Below are positions 54,085 through 64,000 of a DNA stretch of 64,000 nt, piece after piece (the stretch's first letter is position 1; each line of letters starts with the position of its first letter). The position numbers were made by a program, and so were the translations under genes. The notes beneath the pieces are model-generated. The model was not told the origin of the DNA. It made no database searches and was given only the letters and a program-made list of their open reading frames with translations. Source of the DNA: Naegleria gruberi (lineage: Eukaryota); the NCBI GenBank assembly GCA_000004985.1, contig GG738846.1, one strand, 5' to 3'.

Positions 54085-55475
54085 TTAGTTCAAAAGTGTG
54101 GCTGATTGACCATTTCTATTCATCTTCTTTTCAACACCATAAATGACTCTATCCAATAAGGCACTGACTGTGAAAACACCACCAATAATTGCACACAAAC
54201 TTGTTAAGAATTGTACAAATGACTTCTTATTCTCTGTGATGTGAACCATAATTGGAGAAAGGTCATAGATAAAGAATACACCTGGAACTACATTTGGATG
54301 TAATCTATTCTTTGGTCTAGAGTGTTGAGTTACAGAATATTGATTGGTAATGATAGAATTGGATGAACCATATTTTTCATAAATGGTTGGAACAACCTTG
54401 ACAAAATATTGGAAGAGAGCTGATTCTCCTTCGACACGTTGTCCAGTTTCAGCATTATATCCAATAATCTTACTTGTACCATCCAAAGGATTAATGAGTC
54501 CAGGAATCTTTTCACCAAATCCAAGATAATTGATAATGTGACTAGTATTAAAGTGATCAACCTCATAGTTTGTATAATCATGCATGTGTTGTTGAGCACG
54601 AACAAATGATTTGCCTGGAGCAAAATGGAAATTACCAGCAACCTTATTAACCAAAAAGTAACCATGCAAGTTGCATCCTTCTTGCTTGGAGTATTTCATC
54701 TTTCTTTCCAAAATTTCCTCATAACATTGTTCAATATCTTCGTTTGGAGAGAATGCCCATCCAACACGACGATAAGATTCACGAACATCATCACAAGTGT
54801 TACAACATTGATTAGCATCTCTATTAGATCCGTAGCAACTTCCACAATACTTTGGATCTTTGACTTTCTTTGCTCTCTCAGCACGTATTTTATCCAATTC
54901 AGCATTATTAACTAAATCATGTTTAACAGCACCTGGTGGTGGCTTTAAAATGTCCAAAGTTGGTTTGTCATCAGATACTTGTTCAGCTTGTTGTTCAATA
55001 ATTGGTTTTCCATCCAAAGTTAATCTCATCTTGTAAACAGTGTGGTAGTCGAGATGAACGTGATGTTCTCCACTGACATCCATAACATCCAAATTTAAAG
55101 CATCACAAGAAACAGCAGGGAAGGTAATATTAATATAAATTGGAATTTTACGTTCTTGTTGAGTATCAACATATAATTGATCAAATCTTTCCACTTGTAA
55201 ATACAAATAAAACTCTCCTAATACAAGGATCAAGATGACTAAGAGTGAAATGATAGAGACTGTCCGAATGTAATTATCAAGTAATTTAATTATCACCATC
55301 ATCAAATATTGAATATGATAATGAATTAATAATATCAACAATATTAATAAAAATTGAAATTCAGGTAAGAGATCATATATATTTCCTCCCAAAACTTACT
55401 CAGACCACCTCCCAAAGTCTTGACCCGAAAATCATCCTGTGTTTTTGGATAAAAATCAAAACTTTTTAAACCCAT
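54085..55475 (-). CDS. ERGIC3: ERGIC3/Erv46 ER-Golgi intermediate compartment protein. Two exons, about 55400..55475 and 54085..55259; GTAAGT...CGGACAG intron of 140 nt.
   Basis: Exon 1 MGLKSFDFYPKTQDDFRVKTLGGGL|ISIISLLVILILVL matches human MDALGKLKQFDAYPKTLEDFRVKTCGGATVTIVSGLLMLLLF. Downstream CGSCYG...CCNTCDDVRESYRRVGWAF...GCNLHGYFLVNKVAGNFHFAPGKSF...FQYFVKVVPT are near-identical to ERGIC3 blocks. Confidence 0.85.
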
Positions 55476-55710
55476 TTTTTTCAAGCCTTTGCCGTTTTAT
55501 TCGCCAATACGTGTTCGTTCTCTCTAAATTTCATGCAAGAATAGTGTTAATTATTGTTTCATTATCCATCATCTTGTTATAAACTGATTAGAAAACCCTT
55601 TTGCAATTATTGAAAAGAATCCCTTCCTATCAATTTGCATGATCATTAAAAAAAAATAATCATCATTTGGAAAGAGTTTTAATCTCTCAAAGATTTTGAA
55701 TGATTCGGAA

Positions 55711-56764
55711 ATGGAACAACAAAAACAACAAGAAAAAACATTCTCTCCTCTCACACAGAAATATCAACATGTAAATACAATGATTTCTGGTGTCTTTTCA
55801 GGTGCAATTGCAAATTTTGCACTTCATCCACTTGATTGTATAAAAATTAGAATGCAAGCCAATGAGAGAGGAGTTAAAAGGTCAACCTTTGTTGGATTGA
55901 AGGAATCTGCTAAGGTAACAAAGGCTATTTATTTAGAGGAAGGATGGAGAGGATTTTATAGAGGTCTTAGTACAGCCATGGTTGGCTCTGGAACTGCTTG
56001 GGGACTTTATTTTACAATGTATGTGTGTTATTACATTTTCATAATATTTAAATGAAAATAGTTATAATATGCAAAAGCATAATTATGAAAAAGATTTTGG
56101 AGTTAATCAAGTACCTGCTTTGCAGTTGACTTGGTGTGGAGTACAAGCTGGAGTTATAACTAATCTCATTACACATCCAGTTTGGTTGATAAAGACCAGA
56201 TTACAATTACAAAATAATAATACAACAATACCAATATCAGAAGCATCTCATCATTTAGAACAAATCAGATATAATGGACCAATTGATTGTGTTCGTAAAA
56301 TAATCAAACATGAAGGAATCAAATCTCTCTATATTGGACTGACTCCAAGCATGTTACTTGTTTCACATGGTGTAATACATTTTGTTTGTTATGATAGAAT
56401 GAAATCTCTATATTTGAATTATAAGAATGAAAATTCAAATTCCACTCAATACTATCTCAATGGATGGGAATCATTTACACTTGGATTTTTAGGAAAAGGT
56501 GTTGCTGGATTGGTAACTTATCCACTCCAGGTTATTAAAACAAGGCTTCAAGACAAGAGTAACTACTATCACCAAGAACGATATACTGGATTTTTAGATG
56601 CTACAAGAAAAATTTATAGAAATGAGGGATATAAGGCTTTCTTTAGAGGAATTGTTCCTCATGTTTTAAAGGTCTCACCTAATGGAGCAATTGTGTTTAT
56701 GCTAAATGAGCAAATTTTGAAATTATTATTCACAACAGCGGAGAGAAAATTCAAGAATGAATAA
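55711..56764 (+). CDS. Mitochondrial carrier (SLC25) protein, folate/FAD transporter (SLC25A32/Flx1)-like. Two exons, about 55711..56018 and 56062..56764; GTATGT...AAAATAG intron of 43 nt.
   Basis: Three carrier repeats: PLDCIKIRMQ, PVWLIKTRLQ, PLQVIKTRLQ. Junction GLYFT|IYNMQKHNYEKD matches human SLC25A32 GLYFFFYNAIKSYKTE. First ATG at 55711; the track's start is TTG. Confidence 0.7.
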
Positions 56765-56896
56765 ATACATATCATACTTTGGTAGTCTTAATTGACCAGA
56801 ATTATTTTAGAGAATGACACAAGTAGCTCTAAAAATCTTAATGACTTTAACAATCAAAAATTATAGTTTTAAAATAAATTTATTTGATTAGCAAAT

Positions 56897-57823
56897 TTAC
56901 TTCTTAACACTAGAAATTTCAGTACCACCCTTAGCACCAAGCAAGTACTTAATACGAACATAGATAGCGAATTGACCAGCAGTCAAAGCACCAACCATGA
57001 TAATTCTAGGACCGAGACCCAAGAAGAGACCACGTGGACCCAATTCCTTAGCCAAACCAGCCAAACGAGAGGTGATAGAACCTTCAGCACCCTTTTGCTT
57101 GTTGATCTTTGACAACAAGGTATCAGCAGGTTGAGAAATGATGGCAGCACAAGCACCAGCAATCAAACCAGAGCTCAAGTCAACAGCAGTTTGTCCACCA
57201 GTTGACATTTCACTCTTTGGCTTTCCGACCATATTAACAATTTGTTCAACAGCCAATTCGTAAACAACGAACTTAGCCATAGTGTATGGAATTTGCTTCA
57301 ACAAGATTGGGAAGAAACCAGAGTAGAAACCACGGAGGACACCTTCTTCCTTCAACAATCTCATGAAACCACCTAACAAACCATTAGCAAAGTCTGGTTG
57401 AGAGACCAAACGAATACGAGTAGCTTCCAATGGACACAAAGCAATATCAGCAAAGAATTCAGCCAAAGCAGATGAAGTCAAATAGATAGCAGTACGATTT
57501 TCAGAAGCCTTTTCCATACCCAAAGAGTTGACGAATTGCTTCTTGAAGAATTCGTAACCACCAAACTTGAAGGCACCTTGTAAGAAATAACCAGCGAAAG
57601 TTGGACCAACACCAGTCAACAAAGCAGCTGGACCTTGTTCAGAAGCAACTTGACGGAAAGTAGCAGCCATACCTCTGTTGTATTTAACTGGATCCAATTG
57701 CTTGAGGGTCTTGACAACGTCTACAGGTGTGAGGGCACCGTGAGTGAGTGAGCAACACAAAGCTCCAGACAAAGCGAAACGGGCGTACAAGTCAACACCG
57801 GTTGGGGTCTTATCAGCGCTCAT
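56897..57823 (-). CDS. SLC25A3: Mitochondrial phosphate carrier (SLC25A3/Mir1-type).
   Basis: LYARFALSGALCCSLTHGALTPVDVVKT matches YALCGFGGVLSCGLTHTAVVPLDLVKC. SSALAEFFADIALCPLEATRIRLVSQPDFANGL matches ASASAEFFADIALAPMEAAKVRIQTQPGYANTL. IPYTMAKFVVYE matches IPYTMMKFACFE. Confidence 0.9.
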   Translation of the reverse strand: MSADKTPTGVDLYARFALSGALCCSLTHGALTPVDVVKTLKQLDPVKYNRGMAATFRQVASEQGPAALLTGVGPTFAGYFLQGAFKFGGYEFFKKQFVNSLGMEKASENRTAIYLTSSALAEFFADIALCPLEATRIRLVSQPDFANGLLGGFMRLLKEEGVLRGFYSGFFPILLKQIPYTMAKFVVYELAVEQIVNMVGKPKSEMSTGGQTAVDLSSGLIAGACAAIISQPADTLLSKINKQKGAEGSITSRLAGLAKELGPRGLFLGLGPRIIMVGALTAGQFAIYVRIKYLLGAKGGTEISSVKK

Positions 57824-58124
57824 TATGATGTTTAAATATTTTTTTTAAAACAAAAATATTTAATTATTTTAAAAAATGATTGTTATCCGATATTTCCCTC
57901 TCGGATATTTTGAAATAATCGAATTAGCTTGCACATGTGGTGACTCTAGGTATGGAAACTGGAAAACATCAAAAGATTAATTCTTAAATGTAGTAGAGAA
58001 TCATGATCTTCTGAATTACAATTGCAAAGAAGTGGAGAGTAAAATAATAGGATTTTGATTGAATGGTGATTATTTTTGTAACTTATTCTTTTTTTAGTAA
58101 TTTTGTTTAAACATGTCATTCATC

Positions 58125-59485
58125 TTATTTATTGAATTTTATTTGAAACCGTTCAATCAATGCAAGAATGAAATTACAAAATTGTATTGATTCATTGTTT
58201 CCCTTGTCATGTTTCCTTAAAAAAGTGACATAGTTTTGGCAACAACTAAAATGTTCAGCTGATAAAACTAATGGTTCTATTGTGGATGCTAAATGAGAAT
58301 ATTCAGAATTTGATAAATGCAGTAAAAAATAAAGACAAACTAATGTCATTCCTCCAGAATTGGAATGATTTTGAACTTTTGTTCGTTCCAGTTTTTCCAC
58401 AACAATTTTGAAAAAATCCTTGAATGATTCTGGGGAAGTTACTGATAGATTCAGATAGGGAGAGAAAACAATATTCATCAATTTACAACTACTTGATTCA
58501 TCTATGCACGGTACAAAAAAATATTCCAATAATCTGAATTTCAATTTAATATTAATATAATCCTTCCTATCCCTTGTGTACATGATGAGTCTGTATTCAA
58601 ATCTTCTTCCATTTCTGCCAGAGCAGTGATATAGAGATGCTTTATATTGAATTGTTATCATTTTAAAATAATTAAAAAAAATAATTAAAACGTACCAATT
58701 AGTTTAGAGATGCACTTAATATTGTTTAACATAGCAATATCGAAATCATCATAAGTCTCATGTAGGAGTTCAATGTATTCATTAATATACTTCATCAAGT
58801 GATTTTCACTCTCATATTTTTTTTCATAGAGTAATAATGATAATTCAGAATAATCATTTTCAATACTAAATAGAAATTCTTCAAAGAATAAATTAGAAAA
58901 ATAATCGAGCAAGTATCTAGCCATATCGAATTCCATATTTCTCAAAATGTGCGAAAATAGAAAGGTACAAACAAACTTTTGATTCTTGTCACCAGGATAA
59001 ATATGAAAAAGTTTGGATTCATCTCTTGAATTATAATTAGGACTCTGCTCAATTTTCAAATCAAATCCAAAATATAATTCTCTTCTAATGATTGGTATTT
59101 CAATAAATATCCAAGTACAATCTTTTAAAAATTGAATCAAATCAATAATATCAAAATCAGATGAATTGAAATACATCCTCTTTGATTCAATTTGATCTCT
59201 GAAACATTGAAGAATATTTCTCCACAAAATAATCAATAATTCCTTTGAAGGTAAATGGTAGACTTGTTTTTGGTCTCGAGAAAAAGTTGATGTTAGCATT
59301 CGTAGTCTCTGAAGGGCTAAAGATCGATACTCATTCGCAGAATAATGCTCTGATTTAGCACTAGATATTAAAAAGCTTTCATTGTGAGCAAGTATTTTGA
59401 AGTGTGGTAATTTTCCAAAAGTTGATGATGTATGATAATATTCATCATCAGACATTGTAGAGCTATTATTTTGATCCTCATTCAT
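58125..59485 (-). CDS. Hypothetical protein of about 435 aa. Two exons, about 58696..59485 and 58125..58639; GTACGT...ATATAAAG intron of 56 nt.
   Basis: Two track ORFs joined in frame by a phase-1 intron (KLI|ASLYHCSG). Helix-rich composition; no family recognised. Confidence 0.4.
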
Positions 59486-59550
59486 TTTTTTAGTTAATAA
59501 TAAATAAGAAAAAAATAATTTTTTTAAAATAAAACTCGAGTTAAAAAGAT

Positions 59551-60882
59551 TTACTTCTTGGATGGTTCCTTCTTTTCGACGGACTTGATAACACCAACAG
59601 CGACAGTTTGTTTCATGTCTCTGACAGCGAATCTACCCAAAGGTGGATATTCAACGAAACCTTCAACACACATTGGCTTGGTTGGAACAATCTTGACGAT
59701 AGCAGAGTCACCCTTCTTGATCTTTTCTGGGTTAGCTTCTTGAGTCTTACCAGATCTTCTATCAATCTTTTCAATGATAGTTTCGAACTTGCAAGCAATG
59801 TGGGAGGTGTGACAATCCAAAACTGGAGTGTAACCGTTTCTGATTTCACCAGGGTGATTCATGATAATGACTTGAGCATTGAAAGAAACAGCTTCTCTTG
59901 ATGGATCATTCTTAGCATCAGAAGCAACATAACCTCTCTTAATATCAGTGGTGGACAAACCCTTAACGTTGAAACCAACATTGTCACCTGGACCAGCTTC
60001 TGGGACAGAAGTGTGATGCATTTCGACAGACTTAACTTCAGTATCAGCAGCTTGACCTGGAGCAAAGTGAACAACCATACCTGGCTTCAATTTACCAGTT
60101 TCAACTCTACCGACTGGGACAGTACCAATACCACCAATCTTGTAAACATCTTGGAGTGGCAATCTCAATGGCTTATCAGTTGGTCTAACAGGTTCAACCA
60201 AGTTATCCAAAGCATCCAAAAGACATGGTCCCTTGTACCATGGCATCTTATCAGACTTTTCAATCATGTTGTCACCAGTCCAACCAGAAATTGGGACGAA
60301 TTGGACACAGTTTGGCTTACCTTCTTCAGTTTGGAAACCCAAAGACTTCAAGTATCTACCAACTTCAGACTTGATTTCTTCATATCTCTTATCAGAGTAT
60401 TTGACAGATTCATCATCGAACTTGTTCATACAGACAATCATTTGCTTAATACCCAAAGTGTAGGCGAGCAAAGCGTGTTCTCTAGTTTGACCATCCTTGG
60501 AGAAACCAGCTTCGAAACCACCGTTAGTTGAGTCAACAACCAAGATAGCAACGTCAGCTTGGGAAGTACCAGTGATCATGTTCTTAATGAAATCTCTGTG
60601 ACCTGGAGCATCAATGATGGTGAAGACGTACTTCTTAGATTCAAACTTCCAGAGAGCAATATCGATGGTGATACCTCTTTCTCTTTCAGCCTTCAACTTG
60701 TCCAAAACCCAAGCATACTTGAATGAGGATTTACCCATTTCAGCAGCTTCCTTTTCGAACTTTTCGATGACTCTCTTATCAATACCACCACACTTGTAGA
60801 TCAAGTGACCAGTAGTGGTTGATTTACCAGCATCGACGTGACCAATGACGACGACGTTAATGTGTGACTTTTCCTTACCCAT
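59551..60882 (-). CDS. EEF1A: Translation elongation factor 1-alpha; single exon.
   Basis: [81 protein letters not shown]...; full-length colinearity with EF-1alpha. Strongly biased codon usage (GGT, GCT, AAG, ATC, TTC, TAC, TTG, AGA) unlike neighbouring genes, consistent with high expression. Confidence 0.97.
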   Translation of the reverse strand: MGKEKSHINVVVIGHVDAGKSTTTGHLIYKCGGIDKRVIEKFEKEAAEMGKSSFKYAWVLDKLKAERERGITIDIALWKFESKKYVFTIIDAPGHRDFIKNMITGTSQADVAILVVDSTNGGFEAGFSKDGQTREHALLAYTLGIKQMIVCMNKFDDESVKYSDKRYEEIKSEVGRYLKSLGFQTEEGKPNCVQFVPISGWTGDNMIEKSDKMPWYKGPCLLDALDNLVEPVRPTDKPLRLPLQDVYKIGGIGTVPVGRVETGKLKPGMVVHFAPGQAADTEVKSVEMHHTSVPEAGPGDNVGFNVKGLSTTDIKRGYVASDAKNDPSREAVSFNAQVIIMNHPGEIRNGYTPVLDCHTSHIACKFETIIEKIDRRSGKTQEANPEKIKKGDSAIVKIVPTKPMCVEGFVEYPPLGRFAVRDMKQTVAVGVIKSVEKKEPSKK

Positions 60883-61100
60883 TGTGTTGTTTGTTGTTTT
60901 TTTTCGACGAAAATTGTAATAGTTGTGCTTCGTCAGTATTTATCTTGCGTTTCCTTCAACAAAACTATGCACCGTTGGCTTGCGTGTTCAAAAATCGCGA
61001 TACATCTCTCTGCTGCACGTTCCGACTTGAAGGCCAAGCTTGGTTGACTCTTTTACAACGGAAAGTGGCAAAATGGCTTTGAAGGTGACACTTCAGGTAC
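60883..61100 (-). promoter_or_regulatory. EF-1alpha upstream leader/promoter, unusually GC-rich for an intergenic region; possible 5'-UTR intron.
   Basis: On the minus strand the ATG is preceded by TTTTCGTCGAAAAAAAACAACAAACAACACA and further upstream by a CpG-containing GC-rich block. A GTAGGT motif (about 61110) and CATAG|TTTTGTTG (about 60960) could bound a leader intron. This is unverified. Confidence 0.3.
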
Positions 61101-61244
61101 CTACTCTATCCTTCTACAGTTTTCTCTCTTGTCATTACTAAAGTAGACCTTTAGTGAGTTTATTATTGAGGTTGGTTAGAGTTTGTGATTCTTGTCGTAT
61201 CATTCAAAAATATCCATATTGGCAGTTAGCTCCAACTGAAAAGC

Positions 61245-61260
61245 CACTCATTAATGAGTG
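61245..61260. promoter_or_regulatory. Perfect 16-bp palindrome CACTCATTAATGAGTG in the spacer between EF-1alpha and the 61342 gene.
   Basis: Self-reverse-complementary. Located about 85 nt upstream of ATG 61342. Candidate dimeric transcription-factor site. Confidence 0.3.
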
Positions 61261-61341
61261 CAGCAATACTTAGTAATTAAAATTTGAGCTTTGGATTTTA
61301 TGGGAAGCAATACGCAAAAAAATTGGAATTGAATAATAGTC

Positions 61342-63570
61342 ATGCAAGTGGATTATTCTCCATCATTACAACTAACATCATCAATAATTAATATTGATAA
61401 TAATCAAATAATAACAAATAATTCTTTTGCCGACAATAATAATAATGAAAGTAGAGTAAGGGATAGAGAGGAAATTTATCAACAAATTATTCATCATTTA
61501 AATTACCTTAGAAACAATACCTGTACTAAAATTCATCAAATTCAGCTCTGTAATTTAATAGTATCCAATATTGATTACTTACTTTATGAGTGGCAAGATA
61601 TAACTGATGACCTTGTTCAAATTTGGATGAACGGAAAATCAAACTCTTCACTCTTAAATTTAATAGTTTGGTTATTGTCTGTCTATTCATTTCTCTCGCA
61701 CGAATATCCAATACATACACAAATAGGTATTTTAAAATGGATCATAGATTTAAAATCGGGTAGTGTTAAAATTCAACCTGACCAAAGAACATTTATCCAA
61801 AAATTAGAAATTTTATTCAAACATCATACTACATCAACACTAATGATTAATTATTGTTTAAAAAATGTTTTTAGTTCTTGTTGTGAACCAATTTGGTTGA
61901 AAAATATGAAAAGTAATATTTCACTTCAAACCAAGCTCAATATTTCCTTTTTAAACTTGTTCAATTTTTCAAAACAACTTTTAGAGACAAATGATTTTAG
62001 ATTAATTGTTCAATCTCTTTTAAAATTCGGTCAACATGACTTAGCTATAGAATTTCTTGATGACAAGACATCTAAAATTGACTCACAGTATTCATTAGAT
62101 ATTGGTTATTGTCATTTATGGTTATGTAGCATTGTAATAGACAAGTATAGAAATAATGTACTTGACATGTACAGAATACCATTTAGTGAATTGATATATT
62201 TCATCAAGGAGGTAATTTGTTCAGAAAATGGACTTTTTCAAAAGACTCAATCTTCTGGAAAAATTGTTGAAATTCCAAAAACTTTATTTCATCTATTTGA
62301 GGATGCATCTCTCCCTCAACAATTCATGCTCAATGGGCAATTAATCGTAAGCAATCATATTGAGTTAATTATTGATAGATTAGTCCATGCATCAACACAT
62401 TTTCACAATGGTGGTCATTTGAAAATTGCTTTCAATATTTATCAAAGACTTATTGAATACTACACACAAGTGCCAAACTCTGAAAATATTCTTGGAGATT
62501 TGCACAAACAATGTTCATTATGGTACAATGACAGAAAAGAGGGAATTGAATATCTATCTAAATACTGCAAATATTATTATGTCTCTGTAAAAATAAGCTC
62601 AGAGAGACATGAGGAATTTATTTACAGATCATATCATTTTGAAAATATTGATACTCTAATTGAAAAGAGAATCAAAACTGATTTTCCAAATTTTACAATA
62701 ATCAATTCTAGAAATGTTCAAATATCAGAGGGTTCTGTTAGAATTTTACCAGCATTTGAAGAAAAATCAAATTGTTTTATAGTTTATGATTATCAGAGAG
62801 AGGACGATAGAGTTTTTCCTGAAGATGATAAAATTTTTGGATGTAGTAAATCAAGGTATTTCATAGGAGATGTTGATATATTTAATAATCAGCTAGATCA
62901 ACACTACTCATTAATGATTTTAAGGGCTAGGGTTATTAGCTCAATATCAGTGTTTGATGAGGCAAATCAAATGCATGCCAATTGTCATTATTTGACAAAT
63001 ATGGATAAATATATCAAGAGAACGAGCCAAATACTGGCCCAAAATATTGTCAATGGTGTTTCACTGACAGATTCAACAACGTGCTATAATTTATTTCTAT
63101 TCATTGGTAATTTAATATTTGATATTATGGAGGGAGGAAAGTTGGATTATGTTTTAGGATTAAATCAATGTAAACAAATTATTTATTGCTACAAAGGAAT
63201 TTATAGAGATGAATTGGCAGATAGAAAGAAGGAAATTAGAAGAAAATGGATGAAGGAGAGAAAGTTCGCCACTGAAAACAAACTTGAACCACCACTAGAA
63301 CCAAGTTTGACAAATCTAATTGAACATAATGAAGAATTCTTAAAGCTTAAAGATGCATTTAATCAATTAATGGACTCTATCAATCATGCATTCATTCTTT
63401 ATAAGGAATTGGGAACAGCAATCTATAAAAATTACAAAGGTGTACCAGAAACGTTGGAAAAGGTACAAATACTCAAGTTACAAACCTTAACATTACTAAG
63501 TGAATTACCCTCAGTTATTGAAGAAATCACAACAAGCACCAGCACTGCTTCAGAACAATTAAATATTTAA
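61342..63570 (+). CDS. Hypothetical 742-aa soluble, helix-rich protein; family not recognised.
   Basis: ATG at 61342. Long uninterrupted ORF with N-terminal Asn-rich stretch. I could not recognise any catalytic motif. Confidence 0.4.
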   Translation: MQVDYSPSLQLTSSIINIDNNQIITNNSFADNNNNESRVRDREEIYQQIIHHLNYLRNNTCTKIHQIQLCNLIVSNIDYLLYEWQDITDDLVQIWMNGKSNSSLLNLIVWLLSVYSFLSHEYPIHTQIGILKWIIDLKSGSVKIQPDQRTFIQKLEILFKHHTTSTLMINYCLKNVFSSCCEPIWLKNMKSNISLQTKLNISFLNLFNFSKQLLETNDFRLIVQSLLKFGQHDLAIEFLDDKTSKIDSQYSLDIGYCHLWLCSIVIDKYRNNVLDMYRIPFSELIYFIKEVICSENGLFQKTQSSGKIVEIPKTLFHLFEDASLPQQFMLNGQLIVSNHIELIIDRLVHASTHFHNGGHLKIAFNIYQRLIEYYTQVPNSENILGDLHKQCSLWYNDRKEGIEYLSKYCKYYYVSVKISSERHEEFIYRSYHFENIDTLIEKRIKTDFPNFTIINSRNVQISEGSVRILPAFEEKSNCFIVYDYQREDDRVFPEDDKIFGCSKSRYFIGDVDIFNNQLDQHYSLMILRARVISSISVFDEANQMHANCHYLTNMDKYIKRTSQILAQNIVNGVSLTDSTTCYNLFLFIGNLIFDIMEGGKLDYVLGLNQCKQIIYCYKGIYRDELADRKKEIRRKWMKERKFATENKLEPPLEPSLTNLIEHNEEFLKLKDAFNQLMDSINHAFILYKELGTAIYKNYKGVPETLEKVQILKLQTLTLLSELPSVIEEITTSTSTASEQLNI

Positions 63571-63584
63571 AAAATCTATTTAAA

Positions 63585-64000
63585 ATGTCTTTTCATGATG
63601 TCAAAACACTCCTGCAGGATCGATCGGTTAGAATTGTGAATGAAACTAGTAGGCTTTGCCACTCACTGTTGGAAGGATCAAAACAAGATGAATACATTTC
63701 AAGTTGTACCCGATTAATGGCAACCAAGTATGAACCAATGATTACTGGATTTTCGGAACAAATAACATATATTTCCACAACAACAGTTGATTTATCTGTG
63801 CAGTATGTAAATTAAAACATTATTTAAATATTTATTAATTTATATGGATTTATCACCATTTATTTAATATTTTGATTATTTAAAAATTATTTAATGATTA
63901 TTAGAATTAATTTAATTGATAAAAGGCTTCAAAATATGAAACAGGCAAAAGAATCACTTGATGAAATAGTAAGCAAACTGAAAAGGATGGGATTTGAAAG
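63585..64000 (+). CDS. 5' part of a small hypothetical gene. Exon 1 is about 63585..63802; a possible GTATGT intron of about 130 nt follows, then exon 2 runs into the window edge.
   Basis: ATG at 63587 (AAAATGTCT). Candidate donor CA|GTATGT at 63803 and acceptor GATAAAAG at about 63934 give ...DLSVQLQNMKQAKESLDEIVSKLKRMGFE. Truncated by the window end. Confidence 0.25.

Noticed and set aside
1-64000. Prokaryotic-style feature sets (operons, defence islands, CRISPR arrays, RBS/terminators)
   Set aside because: The sequence is plainly eukaryotic: spliceosomal introns with GT-AG borders interrupt conserved proteins, and the housekeeping genes are eukaryote-type (EF-1alpha, eIF4A, RPB5). No direct-repeat/spacer arrays were seen.
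1-64000. Transposable elements / retroelement remnants
   Set aside because: No long terminal or inverted repeats, no RT/integrase/transposase-like ORFs, no target-site-duplication-flanked AT-poor blocks. The window appears to be unique, gene-dense sequence.

Overview
This window is gene-dense, AT-rich (about 33% GC by eye) eukaryotic nuclear DNA, not a prokaryotic locus. I can support about 42 protein-coding genes on both strands, so roughly 80% of the window is coding. Introns are very short (about 38-140 nt, mostly 40-75 nt) with GTAAGT/GTATGT/GTGAGT-type donors and AG acceptors, and TAA stops dominate. Intergenic spacers are tiny, 7-350 nt, and about 85-90% AT.

The supplied ORF track uses ATG/TTG/GTG as 'M' and reads through introns. 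Several genes therefore appear as two or three ORFs, or carry spurious N-terminal extensions. I re-joined them by hand; my splice coordinates may be off by 1-2 nt.

Recognisable products, all identified by eye from motifs with no database search possible:
- Translation, transcription and RNA processing: EF-1alpha, eIF4A, Obg-like ATPase OLA1, RNA polymerase subunit RPB5, RNase P/MRP subunit POP1.
- Golgi/ER traffic and small conserved domains: GRASP, ERGIC3/Erv46, PITH-domain protein, DESI/PPPDE peptidase.
- Chromatin and telomeres: YEATS protein, POT1-like OB-fold protein.
- Mitochondria: FAD-dependent glycerol-3-phosphate dehydrogenase, two SLC25 carriers (folate/FAD-type and phosphate carrier).
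- Lipid and redox metabolism: front-end (delta5/6-type) cytochrome-b5 desaturase, ApoD-type lipocalin, NAPE-PLD, CCoAOMT-type O-methyltransferase, PRXL2-like redoxin.
- Other enzymes: HAD/NT5C-like hydrolase, CHID1 chitinase-domain protein.
- Signalling and autophagy: a very large PAS-containing class III nucleotidyl cyclase, an Atg11/FIP200-like scaffold, a RUN + bromodomain + Rubicon-homology protein.
- Unusual small genes: a CobW/ZNG1-like protein with degenerate GTPase and metal motifs, and a small protein with a SHOCT-like C-terminus.
- Several membrane, Cys-rich secreted and low-complexity proteins complete the set.

I found no rRNA, tRNA, CRISPR or transposable elements. The only sizeable non-coding stretch (42.65-43.86 kb) contains a GC/CpG-rich island that may be an ncRNA gene or promoter element.

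Lineage cannot be fixed from sequence alone. Asn/Gln/Ser homopolymer tracts, extreme AT-rich spacers, compactness and the gene repertoire fit a compact amoebozoan (dictyostelid-like) genome best. A compact fungal or other protist genome is not excluded.
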